NCBI GenBank assembly: GCA_002424095.1
Contig: DIPL01000001.1
Coordinates: 2,184-66,183, forward strand
Length of the DNA: 64,000 nt
Reading direction: 5' to 3'
Source: Christensenella sp. UBA5489
GTDB lineage: Bacteria; Bacillota; Clostridia; Christensenellales; UBA1242
Made by a program: the position numbers and the translations under genes. Positions 16,936 through 26,973 of this stretch are shown in pieces. Under the pieces are notes generated by a model. The model searched no databases, had not been told where the DNA came from, and was given only the letters and a program-made list of their open reading frames with translations. Position 1 is the stretch's first letter, and each line of letters begins with the position of its first letter.

Positions 16936-18927
16936 ATGAAAAATAGTGAAAATGAAAAACCAGAAGATTTAAAAAGTACGAATTCAGTAAAAGAAAAATC
17001 AAAAAAATTATACGAAACAAAAACCAAAGAAATGGCCAATTCTCTTGATGCGGCAGAAAAAGCGGAGTTATATGAAAAATTAATTGTTCAAGATGTTACA
17101 GAAGATTTTTTAAATAGACAAGAAGAACGTCGCAGAATAGAGGCACAATGGCAGTTAAATATGAAGTTCTTATCAGGAAATCAATATTGTTCAATCAATA
17201 ATAATGGAGAAATTCTTTCGTATAACCGCAGATTTTTTTGGCAACAGCAAGAATCTTATAATCATATTGCACCAATTATTGAACGTCGGCTTTCCAAACT
17301 TCAAAAAGTACGTCCAAAAATTAATGTTTATCCTGCATCTAACAACGACGCCGACATAAAAACCGCTAAACTTTCAAAGAAAATTCTAGAATCAATTTAT
17401 AACAAAATAGAATTAAGTTCAATCATAACAGAGGCAACAAAATGGAGCGAAATTTGCGGTACAAGTTTTTATAAAATTATTTGGGATTCATCAAAAGGTG
17501 AAAAAATTGCACAACTCGACAACGGAGAAGCAATTAAATCCGGCGACGTTGAAATTTTACCAATATCGCCCTTTGAAATCTATCCCGAAAACTCAATGGC
17601 GCAAGATATACAAAATTGTCGTAGCATAATTCACGCTCGTGCCTACCACGCAGATGAAATCAAAAATCAATGGGGTATTGATATTGAAGGAGATAAAATA
17701 AATATATTAACACTTGAAAATAATGTTGGCGAATTGTCTCAAGTAGGTGCTACAACTCAAAGCAATATGCGAAACAGCGGTGCAAACGGAATTGTTCGTG
17801 AAAATTATGTCGTTGTAATTGAAAAATATGAAGCACCGAGCGAAAAATTCCCTAACGGACGACTTATTATTGTGGCGAAAAATAAATTACTACACATTGG
17901 AGCATTACCTTTTATTAATGATATAGACGGTGCAAGAACTTTTCCGTTTATCAAGCAAGTTTCAATTCCACAAGTCGGATGTTTTTGGGGCAGTAGCATA
18001 ATTGAACGTCTAATTCCACTTCAACGTGCTTATAATGCAATAAAAAACCGCAAACACGAATTCCTCAACCGTCTTTCAATGGGAATTTTGACAGTCGAAG
18101 ACGGCTCAATTGATACCGAAAGTTTGGAAGAAGACGGACTTTGTCCGGGAAAAGTACTTGTTTATCGACAAGGTGCAAATGTACCTAAATATATGTCGAA
18201 CGACACAATTCCGTTTGATTTTACGAGCGAAGAAGAATCTCTCAAAAAAGAATTCGTAGAAATGAGCGGTGTTTCGGATTTTGCAAGCACACAATATACA
18301 AGTAAAAATTTAAGCGGTGCGGCGTTAGAACTCTTAATTGAACAAGATGAAAATAAAATTTTAGTAACGGTGGATAGCATAAAAAGTGCAATCAGAGAAA
18401 TTGCTAAACATATTTTACGACTTTATAAGCAATATGTAAAAATTCCAAAACTAACAAAAATTGTTGGAGATAATGGCGAACTTGAAATTTTTTACTTCAA
18501 CTCAGCAGATATTTCATCCGATGATATTGTTTTCGAAACAAAAGATGAAATAAGCGAAACATATTCTCAAAGGCGGAATATGGTTATGGAACTTTTAAGG
18601 TCAGGATTATTAAGTGATGAAAACGGCAAACTTTCAAACCGTATGAAATCAAAAGTTTTGGAACTTCTTGGCTTTGGAATTTGGGAAGGTGCGCTTGATA
18701 TAAACGAACTTCAAGCAGGTAGAGCATCCAAAGAAAATTATTCATTTCTTGAAAAGCAAGTGCCGAAAACATCTGAAATTGATGACCACGAAATTCATAT
18801 TTCAGAGCATACTGCATTTTTGTTGAGCGGAGAAGTGGAGAAAAACGAAAAATCTAAACAAGAGATAATGAAAAATATTTTAGAACATATCAAACAGCAC
18901 AAAACGCTATTGAATAAATTCAAATAA
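16936..18927 (+). CDS. Phage portal protein (large, podovirus-like)
   Basis: 663 aa; FLSGNQY, NHIAPII, ISPFEIYP, GSSIIERLIPLQRAYN, SGAALELL, DDHEIHI; position before scaffold and capsid. Confidence 0.85.
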   Translation: MKNSENEKPEDLKSTNSVKEKSKKLYETKTKEMANSLDAAEKAELYEKLIVQDVTEDFLNRQEERRRIEAQWQLNMKFLSGNQYCSINNNGEILSYNRRFFWQQQESYNHIAPIIERRLSKLQKVRPKINVYPASNNDADIKTAKLSKKILESIYNKIELSSIITEATKWSEICGTSFYKIIWDSSKGEKIAQLDNGEAIKSGDVEILPISPFEIYPENSMAQDIQNCRSIIHARAYHADEIKNQWGIDIEGDKINILTLENNVGELSQVGATTQSNMRNSGANGIVRENYVVVIEKYEAPSEKFPNGRLIIVAKNKLLHIGALPFINDIDGARTFPFIKQVSIPQVGCFWGSSIIERLIPLQRAYNAIKNRKHEFLNRLSMGILTVEDGSIDTESLEEDGLCPGKVLVYRQGANVPKYMSNDTIPFDFTSEEESLKKEFVEMSGVSDFASTQYTSKNLSGAALELLIEQDENKILVTVDSIKSAIREIAKHILRLYKQYVKIPKLTKIVGDNGELEIFYFNSADISSDDIVFETKDEISETYSQRRNMVMELLRSGLLSDENGKLSNRMKSKVLELLGFGIWEGALDINELQAGRASKENYSFLEKQVPKTSEIDDHEIHISEHTAFLLSGEVEKNEKSKQEIMKNILEHIKQHKTLLNKFK

Positions 18928-18942
18928 TAAAATGGAGAAAAA

Positions 18943-20049
18943 ATGCAAAAAGAAAATAAGAAAAGGGAACAACCTGTAAAAAAATCCAACAAACCAGCAG
19001 TCAACTCCTTTGATAAATTAACTCGTGAATTAGCTCAAAAAATGAAACTGGAAAATATTAGTGCAAAATCGAACGAAAATAACAAAAAACTTAAAACTGA
19101 ACCAACTTTTGATTTTGGCGAAAACACAGTTAATGAAATCTTTGGCAAAGTTAATGAAGAAATCATTGATAAAATTTCAGAAAAAACAAATGATGACAAC
19201 GAAAATGCTGAAAAATCAATTATAACTTCTGAAAAATCTGCTGATGGAGAAACTGCTAAAACTGTTGAAGAAATGACAAATCAAACTGCTGACGAACAAA
19301 CAGAATCTAGTGGCAATTTTGACAACAGCAAAACGAATTGCAATTCTAATTGTTGCGAAAAAGATTGTAATGAAAATTTGGAAACAACTGAAAACTTCAC
19401 AGGCTCCCTTGGTAAATTCAAAGATGCTCAAAGTTTACTCATCGCCTATAACAACTTGCAGGCAGAGTTTACAAGAAAGTGTCAAAGACTAAAAGAATTT
19501 GAAAGAACATATGAACCAGAAAGTTGGCGAACGACAATAAAAAGTAATGAAAACTTGAACGACAAAAAACTTGATAATAAAATCGCATTGGAAAAATTAT
19601 TTTCACAAATTTCAACAACCGAAAATGAGCAAATAAATCCGCAAGAAATCAATGTTCAAAATCTAGCGGAAAAGCAATTGCAATCAGATTTTCAAACAAA
19701 ACAATTACAACCGGAAAACAAATCGCAGTTGCAAACAGAGAATTTTCAAGAAGAGATAAAATCACAGGCAAATCAATTGTCGGAAAATCAAACGAAAGAA
19801 CAAACGGAATCACAAAATACTAATATTGAAGATTTATTGAAAAATCCACAAGTTAAAGAATATATTTTAAACCGTGATGATATAAAAGAAAATGTTTTGA
19901 AAATATATTTTAAAGAACTTCGTGAAAGCAATCCACCGAAGGTGATTTCAAGTCTTATTGGCTCTGGAATTGCACTGAAAACTCCACTGAAACCAACAAA
20001 TATGGAAGAGGCAAAAGCAATCATAAATAAGATGTTTCATTTAAAATAA
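18943..20049 (+). CDS. Capsid scaffolding protein
   Basis: Acidic/low-complexity with LGKFKDAQSLLIAYNNLQAEFTRK scaffold-type motif; between portal and MCP. Confidence 0.7.
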   Translation: MQKENKKREQPVKKSNKPAVNSFDKLTRELAQKMKLENISAKSNENNKKLKTEPTFDFGENTVNEIFGKVNEEIIDKISEKTNDDNENAEKSIITSEKSADGETAKTVEEMTNQTADEQTESSGNFDNSKTNCNSNCCEKDCNENLETTENFTGSLGKFKDAQSLLIAYNNLQAEFTRKCQRLKEFERTYEPESWRTTIKSNENLNDKKLDNKIALEKLFSQISTTENEQINPQEINVQNLAEKQLQSDFQTKQLQPENKSQLQTENFQEEIKSQANQLSENQTKEQTESQNTNIEDLLKNPQVKEYILNRDDIKENVLKIYFKELRESNPPKVISSLIGSGIALKTPLKPTNMEEAKAIINKMFHLK

Positions 20050-20091
20050 AAAATATCAAAATTAAAAAATTAATCAATTTTAGGAGGGAAA

Positions 20092-21309
20092 ATGGCAGTA
20101 ACAATAACAAGCGCAGAAGCAGCGCTAAAAAGTGTATATCTTGGAGTTGTTGCAAATCAACTCAACATAAACTCAAATCCTTTACTTGCAAAAATTCGTC
20201 AATCATCGGCAAATATTTGGGGCAAGGAAATCATCAAACTTGCACCTTATGGCATTAATGGCGGCATAGGTGCAGGTAGCGAGGAAGGCAGTCTTCCGAC
20301 AGCAGGTGGAAATAAATATGTGCAGTTTAAAGCTGGATTAAAAAATTTATATGGGAAAATTGAAATTTCAGATAAAGCAATTCGTGCATCAGAAAATAAT
20401 GTTGGTGCATTCGTAAATCTTCTAAACGATGAAATGGAAGGGCTTATCAAAGCAAGCAGTTTTAATCTCGGACGTATGCTCTACGGCGATGGCTCGGGGC
20501 TTTTGGCAACCACTTCAAAAGCGGTTTCCTTAGGAGATACTTTTTTCACAGTTGCAGACGCACGGAACATAATTGAAGGAATGATTTTGGACGTGTATAA
20601 CGGTGATACAAAAAATGCGACATTCAGTGGCTATCGTGTTACCTATGTCGAAAGAGGAGCAAATGAAAGCAAAATTTATATTGATTGTCCGTCAGACCTT
20701 GGAACTTTAACCACCGCTGCAAAACTTTATGTGCAAGGCTCACGCAATTTTGAAATAACAGGCTTAGAAGCAATTTTTGGTAGTGCTGATTTATATGGGT
20801 TAAGTCGTACAACATATCCGTGGCTTAATCCGTATAAAGATAACACAGATAAAGAAATTTCCGACATTGTTCTTCAAGATGCAATTGATGCCTTGGAAGA
20901 TAAGGCGGGTAGTGAAATTGACTTTATAACGTGTGCAAGGGATGTTCGCAAGGCATATCAGCAATATCTATCATATTACAAAAGAAATGTCGATATTATG
21001 GAACTTGCGGGCGGTTATAAAGCGATAACCTTTAATGGTATACCGCTTGTCGCCGACCGATTTGTTGAAAGTGGAACATTATATATGTTAAATACAAAAG
21101 ATTTTGTATTGCATCAACTTTGCGACTGGAATTGGCTTGAAAACGAAGATGGCAGAGTTTTAAGACAAACCACTGGTTATCCGACATATAGTGCAACTTT
21201 GGTAAAATATGCAGATTTAATTTGCGACCGTCCAATTGCTCAGTCAAAAATTTCAGGAATTTCAAGCACGGTTACAAATCCGTTTGAAATTCCAACTGGA
21301 ACAGAATAA
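20092..21309 (+). CDS. Phage major capsid protein
   Basis: 405 aa, strong GGAGG RBS; EEGSLP, GRMLYGDG, EITGLEA, FNGIPLVAD, GTLYMLN. Confidence 0.88.
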   Translation: MAVTITSAEAALKSVYLGVVANQLNINSNPLLAKIRQSSANIWGKEIIKLAPYGINGGIGAGSEEGSLPTAGGNKYVQFKAGLKNLYGKIEISDKAIRASENNVGAFVNLLNDEMEGLIKASSFNLGRMLYGDGSGLLATTSKAVSLGDTFFTVADARNIIEGMILDVYNGDTKNATFSGYRVTYVERGANESKIYIDCPSDLGTLTTAAKLYVQGSRNFEITGLEAIFGSADLYGLSRTTYPWLNPYKDNTDKEISDIVLQDAIDALEDKAGSEIDFITCARDVRKAYQQYLSYYKRNVDIMELAGGYKAITFNGIPLVADRFVESGTLYMLNTKDFVLHQLCDWNWLENEDGRVLRQTTGYPTYSATLVKYADLICDRPIAQSKISGISSTVTNPFEIPTGTE

Positions 21310-21345
21310 ATTATAAAATGAAACAACTTATGAAGAGAGTTAAAT

Positions 21346-21654
21346 ATGTTGGTTGAAGTTACAACAGATGTATATTTTATTGCCGAACGCTTATGTGAAA
21401 TTGATAAAAATTATTTTACAGTCTATAACACCGCCACTCAAAAATTTGAAATTCACAATAGAGAGCAACAAGGGAATACTTATTGTTTAAGTGTTCCCTT
21501 TGAAACTCTTGATTGTCGCACTTTGGAACTGGTGCAGAAAACGAAAATAGAAAATATCAATAAAATAATTGAAGAGATTGACAAGTCTAATATAATAGCA
21601 CAACAAAAATTGCAGAGAGAAACATTAAAAAAAGCACAGAAAATTTTAAATTAA
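21346..21654 (+). CDS. Phage hypothetical protein downstream of MCP
   Basis: 102-aa ORF within structural operon. Confidence 0.6.
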   Translation: MLVEVTTDVYFIAERLCEIDKNYFTVYNTATQKFEIHNREQQGNTYCLSVPFETLDCRTLELVQKTKIENINKIIEEIDKSNIIAQQKLQRETLKKAQKILN

Positions 21655-21717
21655 ATTGTAAGAATATAAGATTGAACTCAAAAAAATAAAAATTCGAAAG
21701 TTAAAAAAGGATATAAA

Positions 21718-22290
21718 ATGAAAGTCAAAGATATAATTGAAATTGCACTTGTACTTGTTGGGAAGAATTCTCTTTTGGACACATCAATGTTTAATCCACA
21801 AATTATAGAACCGCTGACCAATGAGCAAGAAAAAGAACTAGGCTATTTAGAAAAGTGTTTTAATTTAGTTTATAAGGAAGTGAGTGCAGATTATTTACCG
21901 CTTATGTATGAAGAAACAATTACATTTAAAAACGGCGAGTTTGTTTTGGACCAACTTGATAAAAGCATTCTAGACATTTATAAACTTTATGATAATTCGT
22001 ATGGAGATATTTCTTACCGCCTTTTTCCAACTTATATAAAAGCCGATGCCACAGTCGCTAATATAATTTACAGTTTTTTGCCTGAAAATCTAGAACTTGA
22101 TGATGAAGTAATATTTTTTGGCGGAAAACTTTTGCCACAAGTTTTAGCATACGGAATTGCACGTGAATATTGTCTTATTAATGGCGAACTTACAGAAGCA
22201 GATATTTGGGAAAAACGTTTTAAAGATGGAATTCAAACTGAAATGCGAAAAAAAAGTCAAATACAAATCAAGCCACGGAGGTGGTATTAA
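21718..22290 (+). CDS. Putative head-tail adaptor (tail tubular A / P22 gp4-like)
   Basis: Size, position, LAYGIAREY...WEKRF helical C-terminus. Confidence 0.6.
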   Translation: MKVKDIIEIALVLVGKNSLLDTSMFNPQIIEPLTNEQEKELGYLEKCFNLVYKEVSADYLPLMYEETITFKNGEFVLDQLDKSILDIYKLYDNSYGDISYRLFPTYIKADATVANIIYSFLPENLELDDEVIFFGGKLLPQVLAYGIAREYCLINGELTEADIWEKRFKDGIQTEMRKKSQIQIKPRRWY

Positions 22291-23780
22291 TGTCGTTGAT
22301 GTTTTATAAAAACAAATTAAAAATAAAAAAGCCAAATTCAAAAATAATTAATTTTGACAATTTTGCGGAGAATATAAATTCAGATTTATGTAGCGAAAAT
22401 CTCAAAGAAGCAGGAAAAATAAGTTATAACTATCAAAATACAAGCGGAACGCTTGAATCCGAAATAGGATTCACTGAACTTGCTTTGCCAATTTCGGATG
22501 GTTCGCTTGAAACACGTATAATTCGAAATTTCAATGATACCGACGTAAAAAAACTTTGGCATTTTAAATATTTTGACCACGTTTATAACTGTGTTGCTGA
22601 TAAAATTATTTTTTGCAGTGCGGATGGGAGATTAAGTGTTTTAAGCGTTTTTGACTATGATAAAAATTCTTACATACTCGATATTGAAGCATTCGGAAAC
22701 TTGCCAGTTGGCATAAATTATTGCATTGAAGGCGAGGACTTTATGATCTTTTCAGGCGGCAGTTCTCTTGTGGCTTACACTTCACGCCGATTGCCAATTT
22801 ATAACGAAAATTGTCCGCCGCTTTTATCAATTTGCAAGGCATACGATAACATTTTTGCAATTTTAGCAGGCGATAGAAATAAACTTTTATATACGCCAAA
22901 TACGAATCCACTTGCATTGAGCGATATAAATGAAAAAATGGATTTAACTGGCGAAGCAGGGCGGCTTTGTTCACTTATTAATTTTGATGATTATTTATTT
23001 ATTTTTCGAGAATTTGGAATTACAAAACTTTCAAAGTACGGCTCAGCAGATAATTTCAGTATAAGCGAAATATATCAGTCATCCGCTAGAATTTATGAAA
23101 ATACGATTTCTGTTTGCGGAAATGAAATTATATTTTTAGCACAAGATGGAATTTATAAATTTAGCGGAACGAACACCGAAAAAATTAAATTAAATATTGA
23201 TAAATTTTTCGACGGTATTGCAAACAATGATTCATCCGCTTGTTATAGTAAAGGAAAATATATTTTGGCGTGTAGGCTGAATTTTGGCGATGAAAGAGAA
23301 GTTGGTTGTGAAACATATGCAGATGGATTTAAAAATAATGCGATTATAATTTTAGATTTAAACTCAAAAAAATTCAGCATTATGCGTGGACTTGATATTT
23401 CAAGTTTGCTTAGTTTAAATGCTGGTTCGTTAAGCACCATCTTAGCAACTTTTAATGGCGAACATTCTAAAAAAATTGGAATTATAGACACTTCTGCATC
23501 AATTTTTGACACAGAATTAAACTGTTTGTGGCAAAGCGGAAAATTTGATTTTGGAGAATTTGAAAAACTTAAAATTATAAAAAAGATTTTTATAAAGACA
23601 AAAGAGAATTGCAAAATAATCTTGAAATCAGATATTGAAGAAAAAATTTTTACAATCAATGCTGGACCATCAACGCAGTGCATTAACACAAAATTAAAAG
23701 GAAAAGTTTTCGAAGTTAGCATATCATCAGACGGAAAAACGCATATATCAAACTTCAAACTTAAAGCCGATATTGAATAA
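22290..23780 (+). CDS. Putative nozzle / DNA-stabilisation protein (tail tubular B / P22 gp10-like)
   Basis: TAATG-coupled to adaptor after GGAGGTG; beta-rich, LFIFRE, IFLAQDGIYKFSG, WQSGKFDFG. Confidence 0.6.
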   Translation: MSLMFYKNKLKIKKPNSKIINFDNFAENINSDLCSENLKEAGKISYNYQNTSGTLESEIGFTELALPISDGSLETRIIRNFNDTDVKKLWHFKYFDHVYNCVADKIIFCSADGRLSVLSVFDYDKNSYILDIEAFGNLPVGINYCIEGEDFMIFSGGSSLVAYTSRRLPIYNENCPPLLSICKAYDNIFAILAGDRNKLLYTPNTNPLALSDINEKMDLTGEAGRLCSLINFDDYLFIFREFGITKLSKYGSADNFSISEIYQSSARIYENTISVCGNEIIFLAQDGIYKFSGTNTEKIKLNIDKFFDGIANNDSSACYSKGKYILACRLNFGDEREVGCETYADGFKNNAIIILDLNSKKFSIMRGLDISSLLSLNAGSLSTILATFNGEHSKKIGIIDTSASIFDTELNCLWQSGKFDFGEFEKLKIIKKIFIKTKENCKIILKSDIEEKIFTINAGPSTQCINTKLKGKVFEVSISSDGKTHISNFKLKADIE

Positions 23781-23793
23781 AGGCAGGATAGCA

Positions 23794-23997
23794 ATGAAAA
23801 GTAGTTTAAAGCAAAATAAGATGAACGAACATAATTCGTCAAATAAATTAATTGAAAACTCTCAGGAAAAACAGAATAAAAGAGAAAATCAAAAACAACA
23901 AAATAGTTTTAAATTTTCGCATAAAGTAATAAGAGGAAAAATACTCTATTTATTAAGACGAGATTATATCAAAAGATATAAAAAATTGAATATTTAG
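23794..23997 (+). CDS. Small basic hypothetical protein
   Basis: Short ORF with AGGA upstream, inside the phage-like operon. Confidence 0.3.
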   Translation: MKSSLKQNKMNEHNSSNKLIENSQEKQNKRENQKQQNSFKFSHKVIRGKILYLLRRDYIKRYKKLNI

Positions 23998-24103
23998 AAA
24001 AATATTTTAGATATATAAGATATAAACATATAAAAATATTATATTATAAAGAACTTTTTTAATATAAAATTTATAAAATATAATGAAACACAAAAGGTTG
24101 AAA

Positions 24104-24484
24104 ATGCAAGAATTAATTAATGTAGTAATAAGTAACGGAATTTTTGCAACTTTATTTGTTGCGTTGCTTTATTTTCAATTAAAAGACAGTTCTCAACGTG
24201 AGAAAAAATATATTGCAGTGATTGAAAAATTTTCAAAGCAACTCGATGCCGTTGAAGATGTTAAGGAAAATATTTCCAAACACTTTGATTCTGTCGATAA
24301 CGTGAGTTATGACATTTCTAAACAATCTGAGGCAATTGAAAATGTTAAGCAAGACATATCTGAAATAAAAAATGTAATTTATTTTAATAACACAATTGTT
24401 TCAAAGGGGAAAAAAGATAACAAAAAGCAAAGTAACATTATTAAAGAAAATAATTCCGAAGCAAAAGTCGAAAATGAAAATTAA
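24104..24484 (+). CDS. BhlA/UviB-family holin-like protein
   Basis: NGIFATLFVALLYFQLKDSSQREKKY followed by coiled coil. Confidence 0.8.
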   Translation: MQELINVVISNGIFATLFVALLYFQLKDSSQREKKYIAVIEKFSKQLDAVEDVKENISKHFDSVDNVSYDISKQSEAIENVKQDISEIKNVIYFNNTIVSKGKKDNKKQSNIIKENNSEAKVENEN

Positions 24485-24507
24485 TTTTCAGAAGTAAAAA
24501 GGAAAAG

Positions 24508-24810
24508 ATGAAATTTAAAGATAGAGTAAAATCATATAAATTTTGGGTTGCGCTTTCCGCCTCGCTCATAATTTTATTACAAACTTTGGGAGAGGCATTT
24601 GGCTTCACGATATCTGAAAAGGTGATTGATGGAATTGTTATGGGATTTTGCAGTATTCTTGTGGTTCTAGGAATTGTCGAGCATCCAGCCGACAAGAATA
24701 ATGACGACAAAGAAAATATTGAAAACGACAAAAAATCTGAAAATGAAAGTAAACCCGAAACCAAATCCGAAAATAAACCCGAACCCAAATCCGAAAGCAA
24801 ACCAAAATAG
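24508..24810 (+). CDS. Phage holin (two TM helices)
   Basis: RVKSYKFWVAL...ILVVLGIV..P with charged tail. Confidence 0.75.
   Translation: MKFKDRVKSYKFWVALSASLIILLQTLGEAFGFTISEKVIDGIVMGFCSILVVLGIVEHPADKNNDDKENIENDKKSENESKPETKSENKPEPKSESKPK
24751..24807 (+). repeat. 24-bp tandem repeat (about 2.4 copies) encoding KPE(T/P)KSE(N/S)
   Basis: aaacccgaaaccaaatccgaaaat / aaacccgaacccaaatccgaaagc / aaaccaaaa. Confidence 0.8.
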
Positions 24811-24828
24811 AAAAATAAAAAAATATTT

Positions 24829-24879
24829 AAACTCATTAATTTTAGGAGAAATTCTTAAATTTAATGAGTTTTTATTTTT
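24829..24879 (+). terminator. Terminator closing the phage-like structural operon
   Basis: AAACTCATTAA/TTAATGAGTTT long hairpin plus T-run. Confidence 0.75.
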
Positions 24880-24948
24880 AAACTTTACAATCTTAAAAAA
24901 AATGTTATAATTACAATTAATACAGTAAATTTTTTTAGAAGGATTATA

Positions 24949-26421
24949 ATGGATATATCTAATATAATAGAAAAAAAATTGCTAAAAAAAAGACTGAATG
25001 AGTCTGATTTTTTGTGTGTTATAAACGGTTACTTAAACGATGAAGTTTCCGAAACTCAAATGGTCGGATTCTTAAAAGCGATAACAGATAATAACCTAAA
25101 CAATTCTGAAATCTATGCGCTCACAAAAGCAATGCAAAACGCAGGCGGCGGAAAAACTCTGGATTTAAAAGGACGTGTTGCAGATAAGCATTCAACAGGT
25201 GGTGTAAGTGATTCGACAACTCTTTTAGTTGTGCCGATTGTTGCGGCGGCGGGCGTTAAAATTTTAAAAATGAGCGGAAAAAGTCTTGGTTTTACAGGTG
25301 GAACTGCTGATAAAATTCTTTGTTTTGAGAGAATTAAAAATGACATTCCAACACAGGAAGCATTAAGAATTTTAAATAAAACAAACGGTTGTTTTTTAAC
25401 ACAATCAGATGAAATTGCACCAGCCGACAAAAAAATCTATGCTTTACGTGATAAAATTGGCTTAATTGCAAGCATTCCATTAATTGCTTCTTCAATAGTT
25501 AGTAAAAAACTTGCATCAGGTGGACATATTATTGTTTTTGATGTGAAAGTCGGACAAGGTGCATTCATTAAAACTTTAAGAGATGCCGTTTCACTTGCAA
25601 AAATAATGATAGATATTGTTAAAAAAGAAGGAAAAAAGGCATGTGCTGTGATTTCTTCAATGGATGAACCGCTTGGTAATTTCATCGGCGATTGTCTTGA
25701 AGTGCGGGAAGCCATTGAAATTTTAAAAAATGCAATCAAACCACTTAATCCTGAACATAGACAGTCAAGCAACTCACAATCCCTTAAATATGCCTCATCA
25801 TCGTTTAGAATGATTAATGTTTCAACACTTGTTTCAAATTTAAAAGAAGAAATTTCAAAAAGTAATAATGGAGATAAAAACGGTAATAATCTTTTAAGTT
25901 TAAGCGAAACACTTGCTGCATTAATAATAAAATTCGCCCAAAACATTGAACTTGAAGATGCAAGGAAGCAAGTGCGTAAAGTGTTGGGGAATGGAAAAGC
26001 ACTTACAAAACTCAAAGAAATTATAAGAGAACAAGGCGGAAGTTTGAATCTCTTTAATAAAAAAATAGATTATATAAATAAAGAAATTTCTCTTGATGAA
26101 AAAGGTTATATAAAAAATTTAGACACGGAAAATTTGGGGCTTATAACAAAAGAATTTACAGAAAAATATAAAGATTTCGCTGGAATTGAAATTCTAGTAC
26201 GACGTGGCGATAAGGTTTCTCCGAATATAATTTTAGCAAGACTATATTTCAAAAAGGATGAAATAGATAAAACTAAAATTTCAAAAAAACTTATTAAAAA
26301 AGAAACCGAAACTAAACAAAAAATGTTAAATGAAATAATTAAAAGATATAAAGAATGCTTTAAAATTTCGCCCAAAAAGACGAAAGCAAAAAGCAATATC
26401 ATAAGAAAAATAATTTATTAA
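24949..26421 (+). CDS. pdp: Pyrimidine-nucleoside/thymidine phosphorylase
   Basis: DKHSTGGV, KMSGKSLGFTGGTADK, APADKKIYALRD, DVKVGQGAF. Confidence 0.92.
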   Translation: MDISNIIEKKLLKKRLNESDFLCVINGYLNDEVSETQMVGFLKAITDNNLNNSEIYALTKAMQNAGGGKTLDLKGRVADKHSTGGVSDSTTLLVVPIVAAAGVKILKMSGKSLGFTGGTADKILCFERIKNDIPTQEALRILNKTNGCFLTQSDEIAPADKKIYALRDKIGLIASIPLIASSIVSKKLASGGHIIVFDVKVGQGAFIKTLRDAVSLAKIMIDIVKKEGKKACAVISSMDEPLGNFIGDCLEVREAIEILKNAIKPLNPEHRQSSNSQSLKYASSSFRMINVSTLVSNLKEEISKSNNGDKNGNNLLSLSETLAALIIKFAQNIELEDARKQVRKVLGNGKALTKLKEIIREQGGSLNLFNKKIDYINKEISLDEKGYIKNLDTENLGLITKEFTEKYKDFAGIEILVRRGDKVSPNIILARLYFKKDEIDKTKISKKLIKKETETKQKMLNEIIKRYKECFKISPKKTKAKSNIIRKIIY

Positions 26422-26454
26422 AGATAATCTCAAAAGTGATTTAACGGAGATATA

Positions 26455-26898
26455 ATGAAATTTAAAGTGGCGACAAAAAATGCAGACGAAACTATGCAAT
26501 TTGCGGAAAAATTCGCAACATTGCTCACTTCGCCGTGTGTGATTGCTTTGGATGGCGATTTAAGCGCAGGCAAAACAACTTTCGCCAAAGGTTTTGCAAA
26601 AGGGCTTGGCATAGAAAAAATGATAACAAGTCCAACTTTCACGATTTTAAATGAATATGATTTTCAAAATAAAAATGATATAAAAAAGTTATATCATTTT
26701 GATATGTATAGACTTGAAAACGAGGATGACGCATTTGCACTTGGTCTTGAAGAATATTTTGATTTAAAAAAACTTAACGGTTTTGTTTTAGTCGAATGGG
26801 CGGATAGGATAAAAAACATCTTGCCTGAAAAATATATTATTGTGAATTTTTCTAAAATAAGCGATAATGAAAGGTCAATATTAATTTCAGGGAATTAA
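26455..26898 (+). CDS. tsaE: tRNA t6A biosynthesis ATPase TsaE
   Basis: GDLSAGKTTF, SPTF, HFDMYRL, VEWA. Confidence 0.95.
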   Translation: MKFKVATKNADETMQFAEKFATLLTSPCVIALDGDLSAGKTTFAKGFAKGLGIEKMITSPTFTILNEYDFQNKNDIKKLYHFDMYRLENEDDAFALGLEEYFDLKKLNGFVLVEWADRIKNILPEKYIIVNFSKISDNERSILISGN

Positions 26899-26973
26899 AA
26901 TAAAGTTCTTTTTAATGTGTAAGCTATTTTTAAAAACATAATTAATAAAAAAAATATTTTATAAAAGGGAAAA

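Larger units (their letters stand above)
6413..24879 (+). mobile_element. Phage-derived head/packaging region (GTA-like element or prophage remnant), interrupted by host-like genes
   Basis: Activator, terL, terS, portal, scaffold, MCP, adaptor, nozzle, holins; no integrase or replication genes recognised. Confidence 0.7.

Noticed and set aside
20092..21309. Encapsulin nanocompartment
   Set aside because: Accompanied by portal, terminase, scaffold and neck genes, so it is a DNA-packaging head
6352..24949. Complete inducible prophage
   Set aside because: No integrase, repressor, replication, tail-fibre or endolysin genes recognised; no att-like repeats or tRNA seen at the edges
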